DNA from: a virus
Length of the DNA: 64,000 bases
Virus record (IMG/VR): IMGVR_UViG_3300024264_000023
Location: 7,758-71,757 of that record
Reading direction: 5' to 3' (one strand)
A program made the position numbers and the translations under genes. Numbering within the stretch: position 1 is the first letter of the stretch; each line of letters begins with the position of its first letter. The notes beneath the pieces are model-generated. The model searched no databases and was not told the origin of the DNA. It saw only the letters and a list, made by a program, of their open reading frames with translations. Positions 10,227 to 19,200 of this stretch are shown piece by piece.

Positions 10227-10238
10227 AATTTATATTTT

Positions 10239-10706
10239 TTAATTTTTATTACTTATTGCTTTAAATTTTTCAGCTCCTCTAGAACCAAAATATGCTACAT
10301 AAACTGTTATTAATAATGACTTTAATAAGTCTACCCATACTGAGTCTACTTCAAAGTCAATATCAGAGCTGTCCAATAACATAAATATTACCATTGACAT
10401 GGTTAAAAATATCAAGGTCATTGGTCTTGTATTCTTACTAAGCCAAGAATCAGAACTCATATCACTGACCCAACGCTTACTTACTTCTTGCATCTCTACC
10501 ATATCTTGTTCAAGTAGTTTTAATGCATGCTCTTTATCTACTGGAGATAAAGCTGGTTCTTTTTCTATTAAAGATTTAACCATACCTAAAACACCTGCAT
10601 CAGGAAGTAACTCCCCGGCAAGACCAAGTATACTAGGAACTTTCTTTGTAAGGAACTGTCCTACTTTAGTATCTTTAAATTTCTTTTTAGGTTTTTTATC
10701 ACTCAT
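10239..10706 (-). CDS. Holin-like protein (3TM, GTA-holin type)
   Basis: RWVSDMSSDSWLSKNTRPMTL, TM helices, and AYFGSRGAEK. Confidence 0.7.
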   Translation of the reverse strand: MSDKKPKKKFKDTKVGQFLTKKVPSILGLAGELLPDAGVLGMVKSLIEKEPALSPVDKEHALKLLEQDMVEMQEVSKRWVSDMSSDSWLSKNTRPMTLIFLTMSMVIFMLLDSSDIDFEVDSVWVDLLKSLLITVYVAYFGSRGAEKFKAISNKN

Positions 10707-10715
10707 CTTTTTAGT

Positions 10716-11909
10716 TTAAGGGTAAATTCTTATTTCTAATGGTGTATCAAGTAAAATACTATCATCTGCTATAGCTGCGTTTACAACTAAATTAGTAGTG
10801 ATAGTAAAACCATTCCCACTTACATTAATAATATTAGCAATGTTTGGATGATTTTTAAATACTTGTGCAATGTTTATAGTCACTTTACTTGGATCAACTG
10901 ATGTTGACCAAGTTGCAGTATAGCGTCCAACGCTAGGTCTTGACCATGATAAAGTTCTTCCTGTATCATTATAAATGACATTCTCTGTAGGTGCACTGTT
11001 ACCTAGCTGAGTTACTTGAGATACATATGCCTCATAGTAATGAGATAATCCCATAGCCACAGACTTAGGATTAGCTGTTGAACCCAAAGGAACACCGGTT
11101 ATAACTTCTATACCATTACGTCCCCACATTAAAACATTATCTGATTCAGATACAGAAAAACCTGGACCTGCTCCACCTGGATTTTCATCATATACATTAA
11201 AGGTAGTCATACCACCACTAGAAGATATTGTTACTTCATTTGAGCCATTATCTGATATTGATACATTAGTTCCTGCAAAAAGCTTTACATTGCTTAATGA
11301 TCCATCTGAACCATCAAGCTTTAAGTTTACATGTTGAGGTCCTCCAGTTGATTGACCTGCACTTGAAAGGGTATAAGTCACACCACCTGAGCTTGTAGCA
11401 TTAATAGTAATTTGATCAGGTGTTTCTGCTATAGTAATATTATTTCCAGCTATTATAGATTTAAAATTAAGTGTTTCACCAACTTTGTTTTTCCATAATC
11501 CAAAGCCTGTACCTACATTAGCTGCTAAATTAGGTTCTCCTATTGTATCAATTTCTACATAATCATTATCAGCTGACTCAGCCAAAGTTAGATTAGGACT
11601 CATAGATTTTAATGTGCGGAAATATACAGTACATTCTCCTGTTACTGGATCAGTCTCTGTCTTCTGATATACTGTAGCAATATCTCCAGAAGGTTTTTCC
11701 GGTGTGTTCTTATAGTCACACTTAGTTCCTTCTACTTTAAAATCTTTTATTTTGATTAGCTTAACTGATTTATAAGGTATAGGGGATGCAACACCAGTCA
11801 TATCGGGTTGTTCATTCCATTTACCTAATACAAGAACATCATCTCTTTCAGCAACTTTAGAGAACTTGTTTTGTCTAATTAAACTTAATATGTCTGTTAA
11901 AATGTTCAT
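10716..11909 (-). CDS. Short fibre protein, paralog of the 908-aa fibre
   Basis: Shares the N-terminal domain, a shaft repeat (LDGSDG..KLFAGTNVSISDNGSN) and the C-terminal domain (YV..NDTG..W..EIRIY). Confidence 0.75.
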   Translation of the reverse strand: MNILTDILSLIRQNKFSKVAERDDVLVLGKWNEQPDMTGVASPIPYKSVKLIKIKDFKVEGTKCDYKNTPEKPSGDIATVYQKTETDPVTGECTVYFRTLKSMSPNLTLAESADNDYVEIDTIGEPNLAANVGTGFGLWKNKVGETLNFKSIIAGNNITIAETPDQITINATSSGGVTYTLSSAGQSTGGPQHVNLKLDGSDGSLSNVKLFAGTNVSISDNGSNEVTISSSGGMTTFNVYDENPGGAGPGFSVSESDNVLMWGRNGIEVITGVPLGSTANPKSVAMGLSHYYEAYVSQVTQLGNSAPTENVIYNDTGRTLSWSRPSVGRYTATWSTSVDPSKVTINIAQVFKNHPNIANIINVSGNGFTITTNLVVNAAIADDSILLDTPLEIRIYP

Positions 11910-11915
11910 ATAGTG

Positions 11916-12149
11916 TTATCCTGAGTGGGTCCAACCACCTCGTTTATAAGATTGCAATTTTTCAGTTCCATCAGCTTTTGATACTACTCTTTTAGCGTCT
12001 CCACCTTTAGTCATCTTTTGCTCCATTGAACTAAGCATAATATTATCTAATGCAGATTCTCCGCCATTAGCCATTCTACATAATAGTTTTGATTTCTGTC
12101 TTGTTACTTTTTGAGGATTAAGTCCTCCACCTTTCTTTTTATATTTCAT
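11916..12149 (-). CDS. Small basic protein with four xxGG motifs
   Basis: Start reassigned to ATG 12149 (ATGA overlap); KKKGG, MANGG, MTKGG, YKRGG. Confidence 0.65.
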   Translation of the reverse strand: MKYKKKGGGLNPQKVTRQKSKLLCRMANGGESALDNIMLSSMEQKMTKGGDAKRVVSKADGTEKLQSYKRGGWTHSG

Positions 12150-12295
12150 GATACATCTAACGTTAATGTGCAAATAAGTAAATAAGCTTTTACTGTAGTA
12201 TAGTTATATGTTTCATCAGGTCTCATTATTTCCCAGCCTAAAGCTAGTCTATCATGTGGCCAATGAAACGCTATCTCTAGTTCCCAATCTCCCAT
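12146..12295 (-). CDS. 49-aa hypothetical protein (MGDWELEIAFHWPHDRLALGWE...), absent from the ORF track
   Basis: Coupled on both sides by TAATG and ATGA overlaps. Confidence 0.6.
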   Translation of the reverse strand: MGDWELEIAFHWPHDRLALGWEIMRPDETYNYTTVKAYLLICTLTLDVS

Positions 12296-12396
12296 TATAT
12301 CTTACTTTTAGTTTTTTTACAAAGACCTTGACGGCAGTGCCCTAAGCATATTTTACCCCTTGACAACCATTGTATTAATAAACATACTTGTCTCAT
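12295..12396 (-). CDS. 33-aa Cys-rich basic peptide (MRQVCLLIQWLSRGKICLGHCRQGLCKKTKSKI), absent from the ORF track
   Basis: Abuts the upstream stop and overlaps the downstream start. Confidence 0.5.
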   Translation of the reverse strand: MRQVCLLIQWLSRGKICLGHCRQGLCKKTKSKI

Positions 12397-12561
12397 CTAT
12401 TTCTTTTTTCCTTTAATAGCTTTGACTACAGCTTTAGTTCTTTTCTTGGTTTCTTTAGCACCCGCAATAACTTTTTCATCAACTTCTGTTTTAGACCAAA
12501 CCCATTTCCAATAGTCTTGTAAGCTAAAAGTCCATAACACATGTAATATTTTTTTAATCAT
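12397..12561 (-). CDS. 54-aa basic/amphipathic protein (MIKKILHVLWTFSLQDYWKWVWSKTEVDEK...), absent from the ORF track
   Basis: First ORF after the TGTATATTA motif; A-rich start context. Confidence 0.6.
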   Translation of the reverse strand: MIKKILHVLWTFSLQDYWKWVWSKTEVDEKVIAGAKETKKRTKAVVKAIKGKKK

Positions 12562-12580
12562 CGTATTTAATTTTAAAGTA

Positions 12581-12605
12581 CTATACTAATAATATACAAA
12601 TTTTG
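12581..12605 (-). promoter_or_regulatory. Candidate phage late promoter
   Basis: AATTTGTATATTATTAGTATAG, a motif that recurs in minus-strand intergenic gaps. Confidence 0.55.
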
Positions 12606-12628
12606 ATTAACCTAATCAAATATATTGG

Positions 12629-12636
12629 TATATTTG
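12629..12636 (+). promoter_or_regulatory. Bacteroidota sigma -7 element TATATTTG driving the RNR island
   Basis: Exact TAnnTTTG in the divergent intergenic region; TTTG at 12602-12605. Confidence 0.45.
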
Positions 12637-12655
12637 TCTACAGTCAGGTAGATAA

Positions 12656-12680
12656 CTATATAAGTAATATACAAAAATTC
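12656..12680 (-). promoter_or_regulatory. Candidate phage late promoter (second tandem copy)
   Basis: AATTTTTGTATATTACTTATATAG. Confidence 0.5.
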
Positions 12681-12706
12681 TGACAAAAACCTTTAATTAA
12701 TATTTT

Positions 12707-12895
12707 ATGAGTAAAGTAAATCCTTTAGTATTTAAAAATAGATTTAACATTGAGTTTTTACCAACAGAAACACTGCTTGGTTTTAAAACTGTAAACTGTG
12801 AAGTTTTATGTGATGATGATAAATACCGTTGGGTCAACGGTTTAGAGATAGGTCTTATATTTTTAACATTATCTTTTGTGAATATTAGGTTATAA
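12707..12895 (+). CDS. Small hypothetical protein
   Basis: 62 aa, hydrophobic C-terminus. Confidence 0.6.
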   Translation: MSKVNPLVFKNRFNIEFLPTETLLGFKTVNCEVLCDDDKYRWVNGLEIGLIFLTLSFVNIRL

Positions 12896-12940
12896 TCCTT
12901 TCATATAAGACAATTTTTTTTTAAATTATATCTATCTAAC

Positions 12941-12974
12941 AGCTGCATTCTTCCAAAGAGGGGTGCAGCTTTTT
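12941..12974 (+). terminator. Terminator-like hairpin just upstream of nrdB
   Basis: AGCTGCATTCTTC-CAAA-GAGGGGTGCAGCT followed by a T-run. Confidence 0.55.
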
Positions 12975-12994
12975 AATCCTTAATAAATTATACA

Positions 12995-13975
12995 ATGAAC
13001 AAAGACATCTTTAAGCCCAGAGTAAACATATTGCCTTATGAATATCCACAACTATTAGCATACAAAGATGCAATTAGACACTCCTACTGGATTGATACAG
13101 AATTCAACTTTACAGAAGACATACAAGACTTTAAAGTCACTATATCAAATGGAGAAAAAGATGTCATTAAAAAAACAATGCTTGCTATTGCACAAATAGA
13201 AGTTAATGTTAAAACCTTTTGGGGAGATCTTTATAAGAGAATGCCAATCACAGAAGTGGGTGATGTAGGCTTTACTTTTGCTGAGTCAGAAGTAAGACAT
13301 AAAGATGCCTACGCCAGACTGCTTAGAATACTAGGATTAGAAAAAGAATTTCAATCAGTAGTTGAGGTACCTGCAATAGAGGGTAGACTTAAGTACTTAA
13401 AAAAGTACCTAGATGGTACACGTTCTAGAGACAATAAGATGTATACTAAGTCTGTATTGCTATTCTCTTTATTTATAGAGCACGTAAGTTTGTTTAGTCA
13501 GTTCTTAATTATGATGAGCTTTAACAAAGAAAAGAATGTACTTAAAGGTATATCTAATGTTGTTGAGGCTACTAGTAAGGAAGAAGAGATACACGGTAAC
13601 TTTGGTGCTGAGATTATTAATATAATCAAAAGAGAAAATCCAGAATGGTTTGACCAAGAGTTTGAAGATCTGATTGATTCAGCATGTAGAAAAGCATATA
13701 GAGCAGAGTGTGGTATACTTGATTGGATCTTTGAGAAAGGTGAGCTTAGCTTCTTACCCCAGAATACAATACAACACTTTATAAAAAACAGATTCAATAA
13801 CTCTTTAGAAAAGATAGGTATGAAATCTATTTTTGAGGTAGATGAAGAACTATTAAAATCAGTAGAATGGTTTGACATAGAAATAACAGGCACCAAAGAA
13901 GGAGACTTCTTTTACAAGAAGAGTGTTGACTATAACAAGAAAAGTAAGAGCATCACAGTTGATGATTTATTTTAA
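12995..13975 (+). CDS. nrdB: Ribonucleotide reductase beta subunit, class Id-like
   Basis: Ferritin-like ligands (QIEVNVK, ESEVRHKDAY, IEHVSLFSQF, EEEIH); C-terminal DFFYKKSVDY..KSITVDDLF. Confidence 0.95.
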   Translation: MNKDIFKPRVNILPYEYPQLLAYKDAIRHSYWIDTEFNFTEDIQDFKVTISNGEKDVIKKTMLAIAQIEVNVKTFWGDLYKRMPITEVGDVGFTFAESEVRHKDAYARLLRILGLEKEFQSVVEVPAIEGRLKYLKKYLDGTRSRDNKMYTKSVLLFSLFIEHVSLFSQFLIMMSFNKEKNVLKGISNVVEATSKEEEIHGNFGAEIINIIKRENPEWFDQEFEDLIDSACRKAYRAECGILDWIFEKGELSFLPQNTIQHFIKNRFNNSLEKIGMKSIFEVDEELLKSVEWFDIEITGTKEGDFFYKKSVDYNKKSKSITVDDLF

Positions 13976-13986
13976 AAACAAAACCA

Positions 13987-15612
13987 ATGGAATATAATAA
14001 GTACTACTGGCTGAATGAAGACAGCCGCACATTTTTATCAAGAGGGTATATATCAGAAAGCCCTGAACAAAGAATCAAAGACATTGCTATTAAAGCAGAA
14101 AAGTATTTGAATATAAAAGGCTTTGCAGAAAAGTTTGAGGATTATATGGCAAGAGGGTTTTACTCTTTGTCTACTCCTGTATGGATTAACTTTGGTAAAC
14201 AAAAAGGTTTACCTATAAGCTGCTACGGATCTAACGTTGATGATAACTTAGATAGCATATTAAATGCAGGCCGTGAAATTGGAATGATGAGTAAATATGG
14301 TGGAGGTACAAGTGCTTTTATTGGTAACATTAGAGCAAGAGGAACTGAAATATCTACAGGTGGTTTTGCTGATGGTCCAGTGCACTATGCTAAGATTTAT
14401 GATACTGTAGTGGACGTTTGCAAGCAGTCTGAGGCCAGACGTGGTGCTTGTGCAGTATACCTACCCGTTGAGCATGCGGATATCTTAGAGTTCTTAGATA
14501 TTGGTACAGAGGGTAATCCTATACAAAATTTACAGTATGGTGTTACAGTTACTGATCAGTGGATGCAAGAGATGAAAGATGGTGATAAGAGCAAGCGTAA
14601 AGTATGGGCTAAGATCATTCAGAACAGAAGTGAGTTTGGGTTTCCTTATATTATGTTTAAAGATAACTCTAACAATAATTCTCCTTATAAAGAACTTGGT
14701 ATGGAGATTACAGCATCTAATCTATGTTCAGAGATCCAGCTTCCTACTGATAGTTATAACTCTTTTGTATGTTGTCTTGGTTCTATTAACTTATTACACT
14801 GGGACCTTATAAAAGAAACGGATGCAATTGAAACATATGTATATTTCTTAAACGCAGTAATGGATGAATTCATTATTAAGTCTGAGACTATGCCGGGTAT
14901 GAAGAGAGCGTTTAACTTTGCTGAGAAGCATAGAGCAATTGGTCTTGGTGTATTGGGATACCACTCTTTGTTTCAATCTAAGCTTCTTGAGTTTGACTCA
15001 TTACAAGCTAAAGGATTAAACAGTGAGATCTTTAGAACACTTAAAGATAGAAGTGAGATTGCTTCTAGAGAGTTGCATAATGTGTATGGATACACATCTC
15101 TTAGAGAAGGGTATGCTAACACTACTCTTATGGCCATTGCTCCTACTAAGTCTAGTTCATTTATACACGGTGCTGTGTCTATGGGTATAGAACCTATTAA
15201 GTCTAACTACTTTATTAAGGACCTTGCTAAGTCTAAGACTATTTACAAGAACCCATTTTTAGAAGAGGAACTTGAGAAGTATGGTCTAAATACAGACAAG
15301 ACTTGGAAATCTATCCTAAAGAAAGATGGTAGTGTACAACACTTAGATTTTCCTACTAAAGCAGTGTTCAAGTCTTTTGTTGAGATATCTCCAAAAGAGC
15401 TTGTACTCCAGGCGGCACAAAGACAAAAGTATATTGATCAGTCACAGTCATTAAACTTGATGATAGATCCATCTGTCTCAGCTAAGGATATTAATAAGTT
15501 ATATATGTATGCTTGGGAAGAAGGTGTGAAAACTTTATACTATCAATTTAGTAAAAGCAGTGCACAAGACTTTGCAAGAAACATTTTAGAATGTAGTAGT
15601 TGTGAAGGTTAG
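13987..15612 (+). CDS. nrdA: Ribonucleotide reductase alpha subunit (no ATP cone)
   Basis: LPISC, SNLCSEI, CCLGS, AIAPTKSSS, DQSQSLN, KTLYY, C-terminal CSSCEG. Confidence 0.95.
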   Translation: MEYNKYYWLNEDSRTFLSRGYISESPEQRIKDIAIKAEKYLNIKGFAEKFEDYMARGFYSLSTPVWINFGKQKGLPISCYGSNVDDNLDSILNAGREIGMMSKYGGGTSAFIGNIRARGTEISTGGFADGPVHYAKIYDTVVDVCKQSEARRGACAVYLPVEHADILEFLDIGTEGNPIQNLQYGVTVTDQWMQEMKDGDKSKRKVWAKIIQNRSEFGFPYIMFKDNSNNNSPYKELGMEITASNLCSEIQLPTDSYNSFVCCLGSINLLHWDLIKETDAIETYVYFLNAVMDEFIIKSETMPGMKRAFNFAEKHRAIGLGVLGYHSLFQSKLLEFDSLQAKGLNSEIFRTLKDRSEIASRELHNVYGYTSLREGYANTTLMAIAPTKSSSFIHGAVSMGIEPIKSNYFIKDLAKSKTIYKNPFLEEELEKYGLNTDKTWKSILKKDGSVQHLDFPTKAVFKSFVEISPKELVLQAAQRQKYIDQSQSLNLMIDPSVSAKDINKLYMYAWEEGVKTLYYQFSKSSAQDFARNILECSSCEG

Positions 15613-15796
15613 GTTATTATTACTGTTGGTTTGCCTAGGTTGCAAGCCACAGTATAACCCTGATAAGGATCCGGATGTACTAGACTGGTATGTAGATGAA
15701 GGAGAGCTTATTATTTATACTAAGCAAGACTCAATACAAGATGCATATGATAGAGCTAAATATATTGACTCATTAAAAAAGGACTCTATTTTCTAG
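15602..15796 (+). CDS. Small lipoprotein
   Basis: Signal peptide II MKVRLLLLLVCLG-C. Confidence 0.55.
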   Translation: MKVRLLLLLVCLGCKPQYNPDKDPDVLDWYVDEGELIIYTKQDSIQDAYDRAKYIDSLKKDSIF

Positions 15797-16199
15797 GTCC
15801 TTTGTGGTTATCAATTCTATCTAGGATTTTATTAAGCTCATCTGTTTTTATCAGCCCAGCCATAGAAGCATTCTTTAGTGCACTTATAATTTGAAGTACC
15901 ATAAAGGGAACTATAATTACCTCGGATAGCCAACCTGTACCTGCAAAACCTTTTTCTATCATAAGAATAACGGTCAGGATGGCTAACCATGTAAAAGTAT
16001 TTTTTGTTATTCTTAGAGCTTTATATGTTTTAAACCCTTCTCTTTTACAGCCTGCCCAAACTCCAAATATACCATCTAACCATAATACTGAACAAACAGC
16101 TAAGTATTGTTCCATGTTTTCCATTGATAAATCAAAAAAGTACGTACATAAATACGTACAAAATGCTGTTATGCTCACTATGAATAATTTAGTTGTCAT
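15786..16199 (-). CDS. Holin-like membrane protein (phage holin family 4-like)
   Basis: Three to four TM segments; LDGIFGVWAG.KREGF; ISALKNA..G; ILDRID. Confidence 0.65.
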   Translation of the reverse strand: MTTKLFIVSITAFCTYLCTYFFDLSMENMEQYLAVCSVLWLDGIFGVWAGCKREGFKTYKALRITKNTFTWLAILTVILMIEKGFAGTGWLSEVIIVPFMVLQIISALKNASMAGLIKTDELNKILDRIDNHKGPRK

Positions 16200-16232
16200 T
16201 GATTAATCTCATTTTGCTTTAATCCAAAAGGT

Positions 16233-16255
16233 TTATACTATAATATACATAAATT
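16233..16255 (-). promoter_or_regulatory. Candidate phage late promoter for the holin
   Basis: AATTTATGTATATTATAGTATAA. Confidence 0.5.
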
Positions 16256-16292
16256 ATACGTCATACCTAGGATTTAAACCTGTTAATTTGTC

Positions 16293-19200
16293 TTATTTAA
16301 TATAGAAGCTTTCAAGTTTTTCAAAGTTTTTCCATTTTTGTAAAGTATATAATACAGGAACTACATCATAGAAGTTTTTTTCTAGCTTCCACATACCTTT
16401 CTTAGGTTTGTTTTGATATACATATTTACTGTTTTCTCTAAATTCTTTATCACTATAAACTAGTAAACCAAATCCAGTACCAAAAGTAAGGTCAAGTAAT
16501 TCACCCAACTCTCCAAGAGTTCTTGTAGCAGCTATAGGAGATTTTAACATCTGATATACCTGTTGGTAACCACCTAGTGTAGGTAAAGGGTTAAATAAAA
16601 CCATCTCTTTATAAGTTCTGTTTGCTTGATAAGCCCCAAAGTTTCTAAGCTTTTTAACAAGGATAGGGTCATCATCATCTCCACCAACTAAAGTCTCATC
16701 TAGGATATGAATAATCAGAAGTATCATTGCTTCACCCAATGTTCTATATACATTTTTAAGCATCATGTTTGCTTTACCCTCATCGTATCTTCCATCTACA
16801 AGTCCGTACTCCTCTTTAAATGATTTACCTAACTCTGCTAAACCAAACTTAGCCATACCCCTTTCACCAGTTACAGCAGTTTTTCGTATATGATTTAAAA
16901 ACTTAAGTGCAGATGTATATCTACCTTCTAACCAACCTAAGTTTTGATCATAATAATTTTCTTGAAACCTTGCTCTAAAAGCAGGCATAACCCACTTGTG
17001 AAACTGAGCCATTAATATACCTGTAAAGTTATTTTGAATAACCATTCTATCTTCTCTAGCATAGTTACCGTGTATCTGTTTATTTACTTCACGTATATTA
17101 TTTCTCATTTCAAATCTCCAGCTATCTGTATATTCTGTAGTAGATCCATCTTTATTAATAATTGTATCATAGCCTTCTCGCATAGTTACTTTACCTGTTG
17201 ACTGATCAAAGTCTAAAGCATCAACTAGATTTAGAGAATCTTCACCATTAGATATTTGTGTACCTAATAACATAGCCATACCCACAGTACTTTGAACTTT
17301 GTATTCAGCACCCTGGTTAAAAGAGTAACCAAAGTTTGTGAATCTTGACCATAAAGTATCACCATCACCTAACCCAAATTGTTCTCTTATATCTGCATCA
17401 TCATCCATCATTCTAAAAAACTGAACTATTGCTTCATATTTATTAAGTGCTTTATCTGGATCATAGTTGCCTCTTTTTATTTGTAAATTATTACCGGTTA
17501 TTACTCTACCTGTAAAATCTGCTGCTGACTCAACAGCATTAGCTGTTCTCTCTATCATACCTTGGGTACCCATAGTATAAAACATCTTAGTAGCTTCAGT
17601 ATAATCTCCTGCTGTATAAAATAAACCACCGGCAGCTTCTATGTAATTGTTAATTTGACCCAGAGTCAAGTTATTAAAGTTACCAAATATGTTAAAAGCC
17701 ACATAAGATAATGAGGATAGATTAATTAATCCACCGGCTAACTTATCTACAGCACCTTTAGTTATTTTATCGTTATCATAGTAAACCATTTTCATCCAAT
17801 GATGAGCACGTTTTTCTGCATTACTTTGCAAACCAGTTTGACTATCTCTACCTACAACTGTATTCACAAATCCTTGTGATCCTTGTTTTATTTTTGCAAT
17901 TAACTCAAGCGCTGTACCTGGTTCTTTATAAGCTCTCATCTTTAAAGCTTGTACCATTGCTTGTAATGTGTCTTCTATTTGACCCATCACCTCAAAGTTT
18001 TCTGCCATACTTGCAAACTTAACTAAACTTTTAGTCATGTCTGTACTAACTTCACCCAGTGTAGGTTGTGATCTTAACTTGGCTGCTTCAGCTTCTAATA
18101 CTGCTCTTTCTTTTTTATATTGGTCAACATTAATACCACCCTGCATTCTTTTATCTTTAAGATCTTGAATGTCTTCATATACTTTTTCAAGTTGTCCTTC
18201 TACCCTTGGGTTACCAGTGTAAAATACAGGAAGAGTATCTACTAATTTTCCCTGTTCATTTAAGAGAACAACCTTTTGCTCTGATGTTTCAGTAAATAAG
18301 TTCTTTATACTTCCTAAAAACTTAGGTATCATTCTAGCAAAGAAAGATGGTTTAGTCATTACCTCATCCACAAAGTTATTAGCAATAACAGGCACCTTAC
18401 CTAGCATTTGCATTCTTTGACTTCTTGGTAGTTTTTTAAGCAAGTCCTCATAATGCTCAACAAACTTTAAGTAATATTGCTTTCTAGCTTCTCCCAACTG
18501 ATCTGTTGGGTTCATTATAGCTTCATACTTAGGGTTAATTAAACTAGCGCCTGTATCAGATCTTTTATCTTTAACCTCAACATAATCAGGCTTTACAGCA
18601 TCAAAATTTTTATTTTCTTTTATAGCTCCAGTTGGTTCTCTGTTAGCATCTTTAAAAGTTTTTGTATACTCTACTTTATAATAGTATTTACTTTTATATA
18701 CATCATAAGCAGTTTGTGGGACACCTGGTTTTTTAATCCAAGTAACACCCTCTCCATTAGACCAGACTTGAGCATACTCATAGTTTTTTCTAACGTCAAT
18801 AAACTCTTGTGTATATTGGTGGAATGTTCCTGAAGTTAAAACACCATCCTCTAGTTTTTCAGCTTGCATAAAATCAGCAAAAGCTTTTTTATCTCTATAG
18901 AGTTCTTTATTCTTTTCTATTTGAATAGGGTCAGCATTAGCTAAAGAATAAATAGGGAAATATTTTCTTGGTTTACCATTAGCATCGTAGAGTTTATCTC
19001 TCAATGCCTTCTTTTCATTTAGGTAATTTTGACCTATTCTTGTTGTATAGAATCCTGTAAATTTTTTGTCATCATTAAACTCAAGCATAAAATCATATAA
19101 CCTTTGAAGATCTTTTTCACCTGAGAGTTCTAGTAGTGTTTTACCAGCATCTAATATATCTGCTTTTCTAGCTTGAACTCTATCTAAGAATTCTTGCTTT

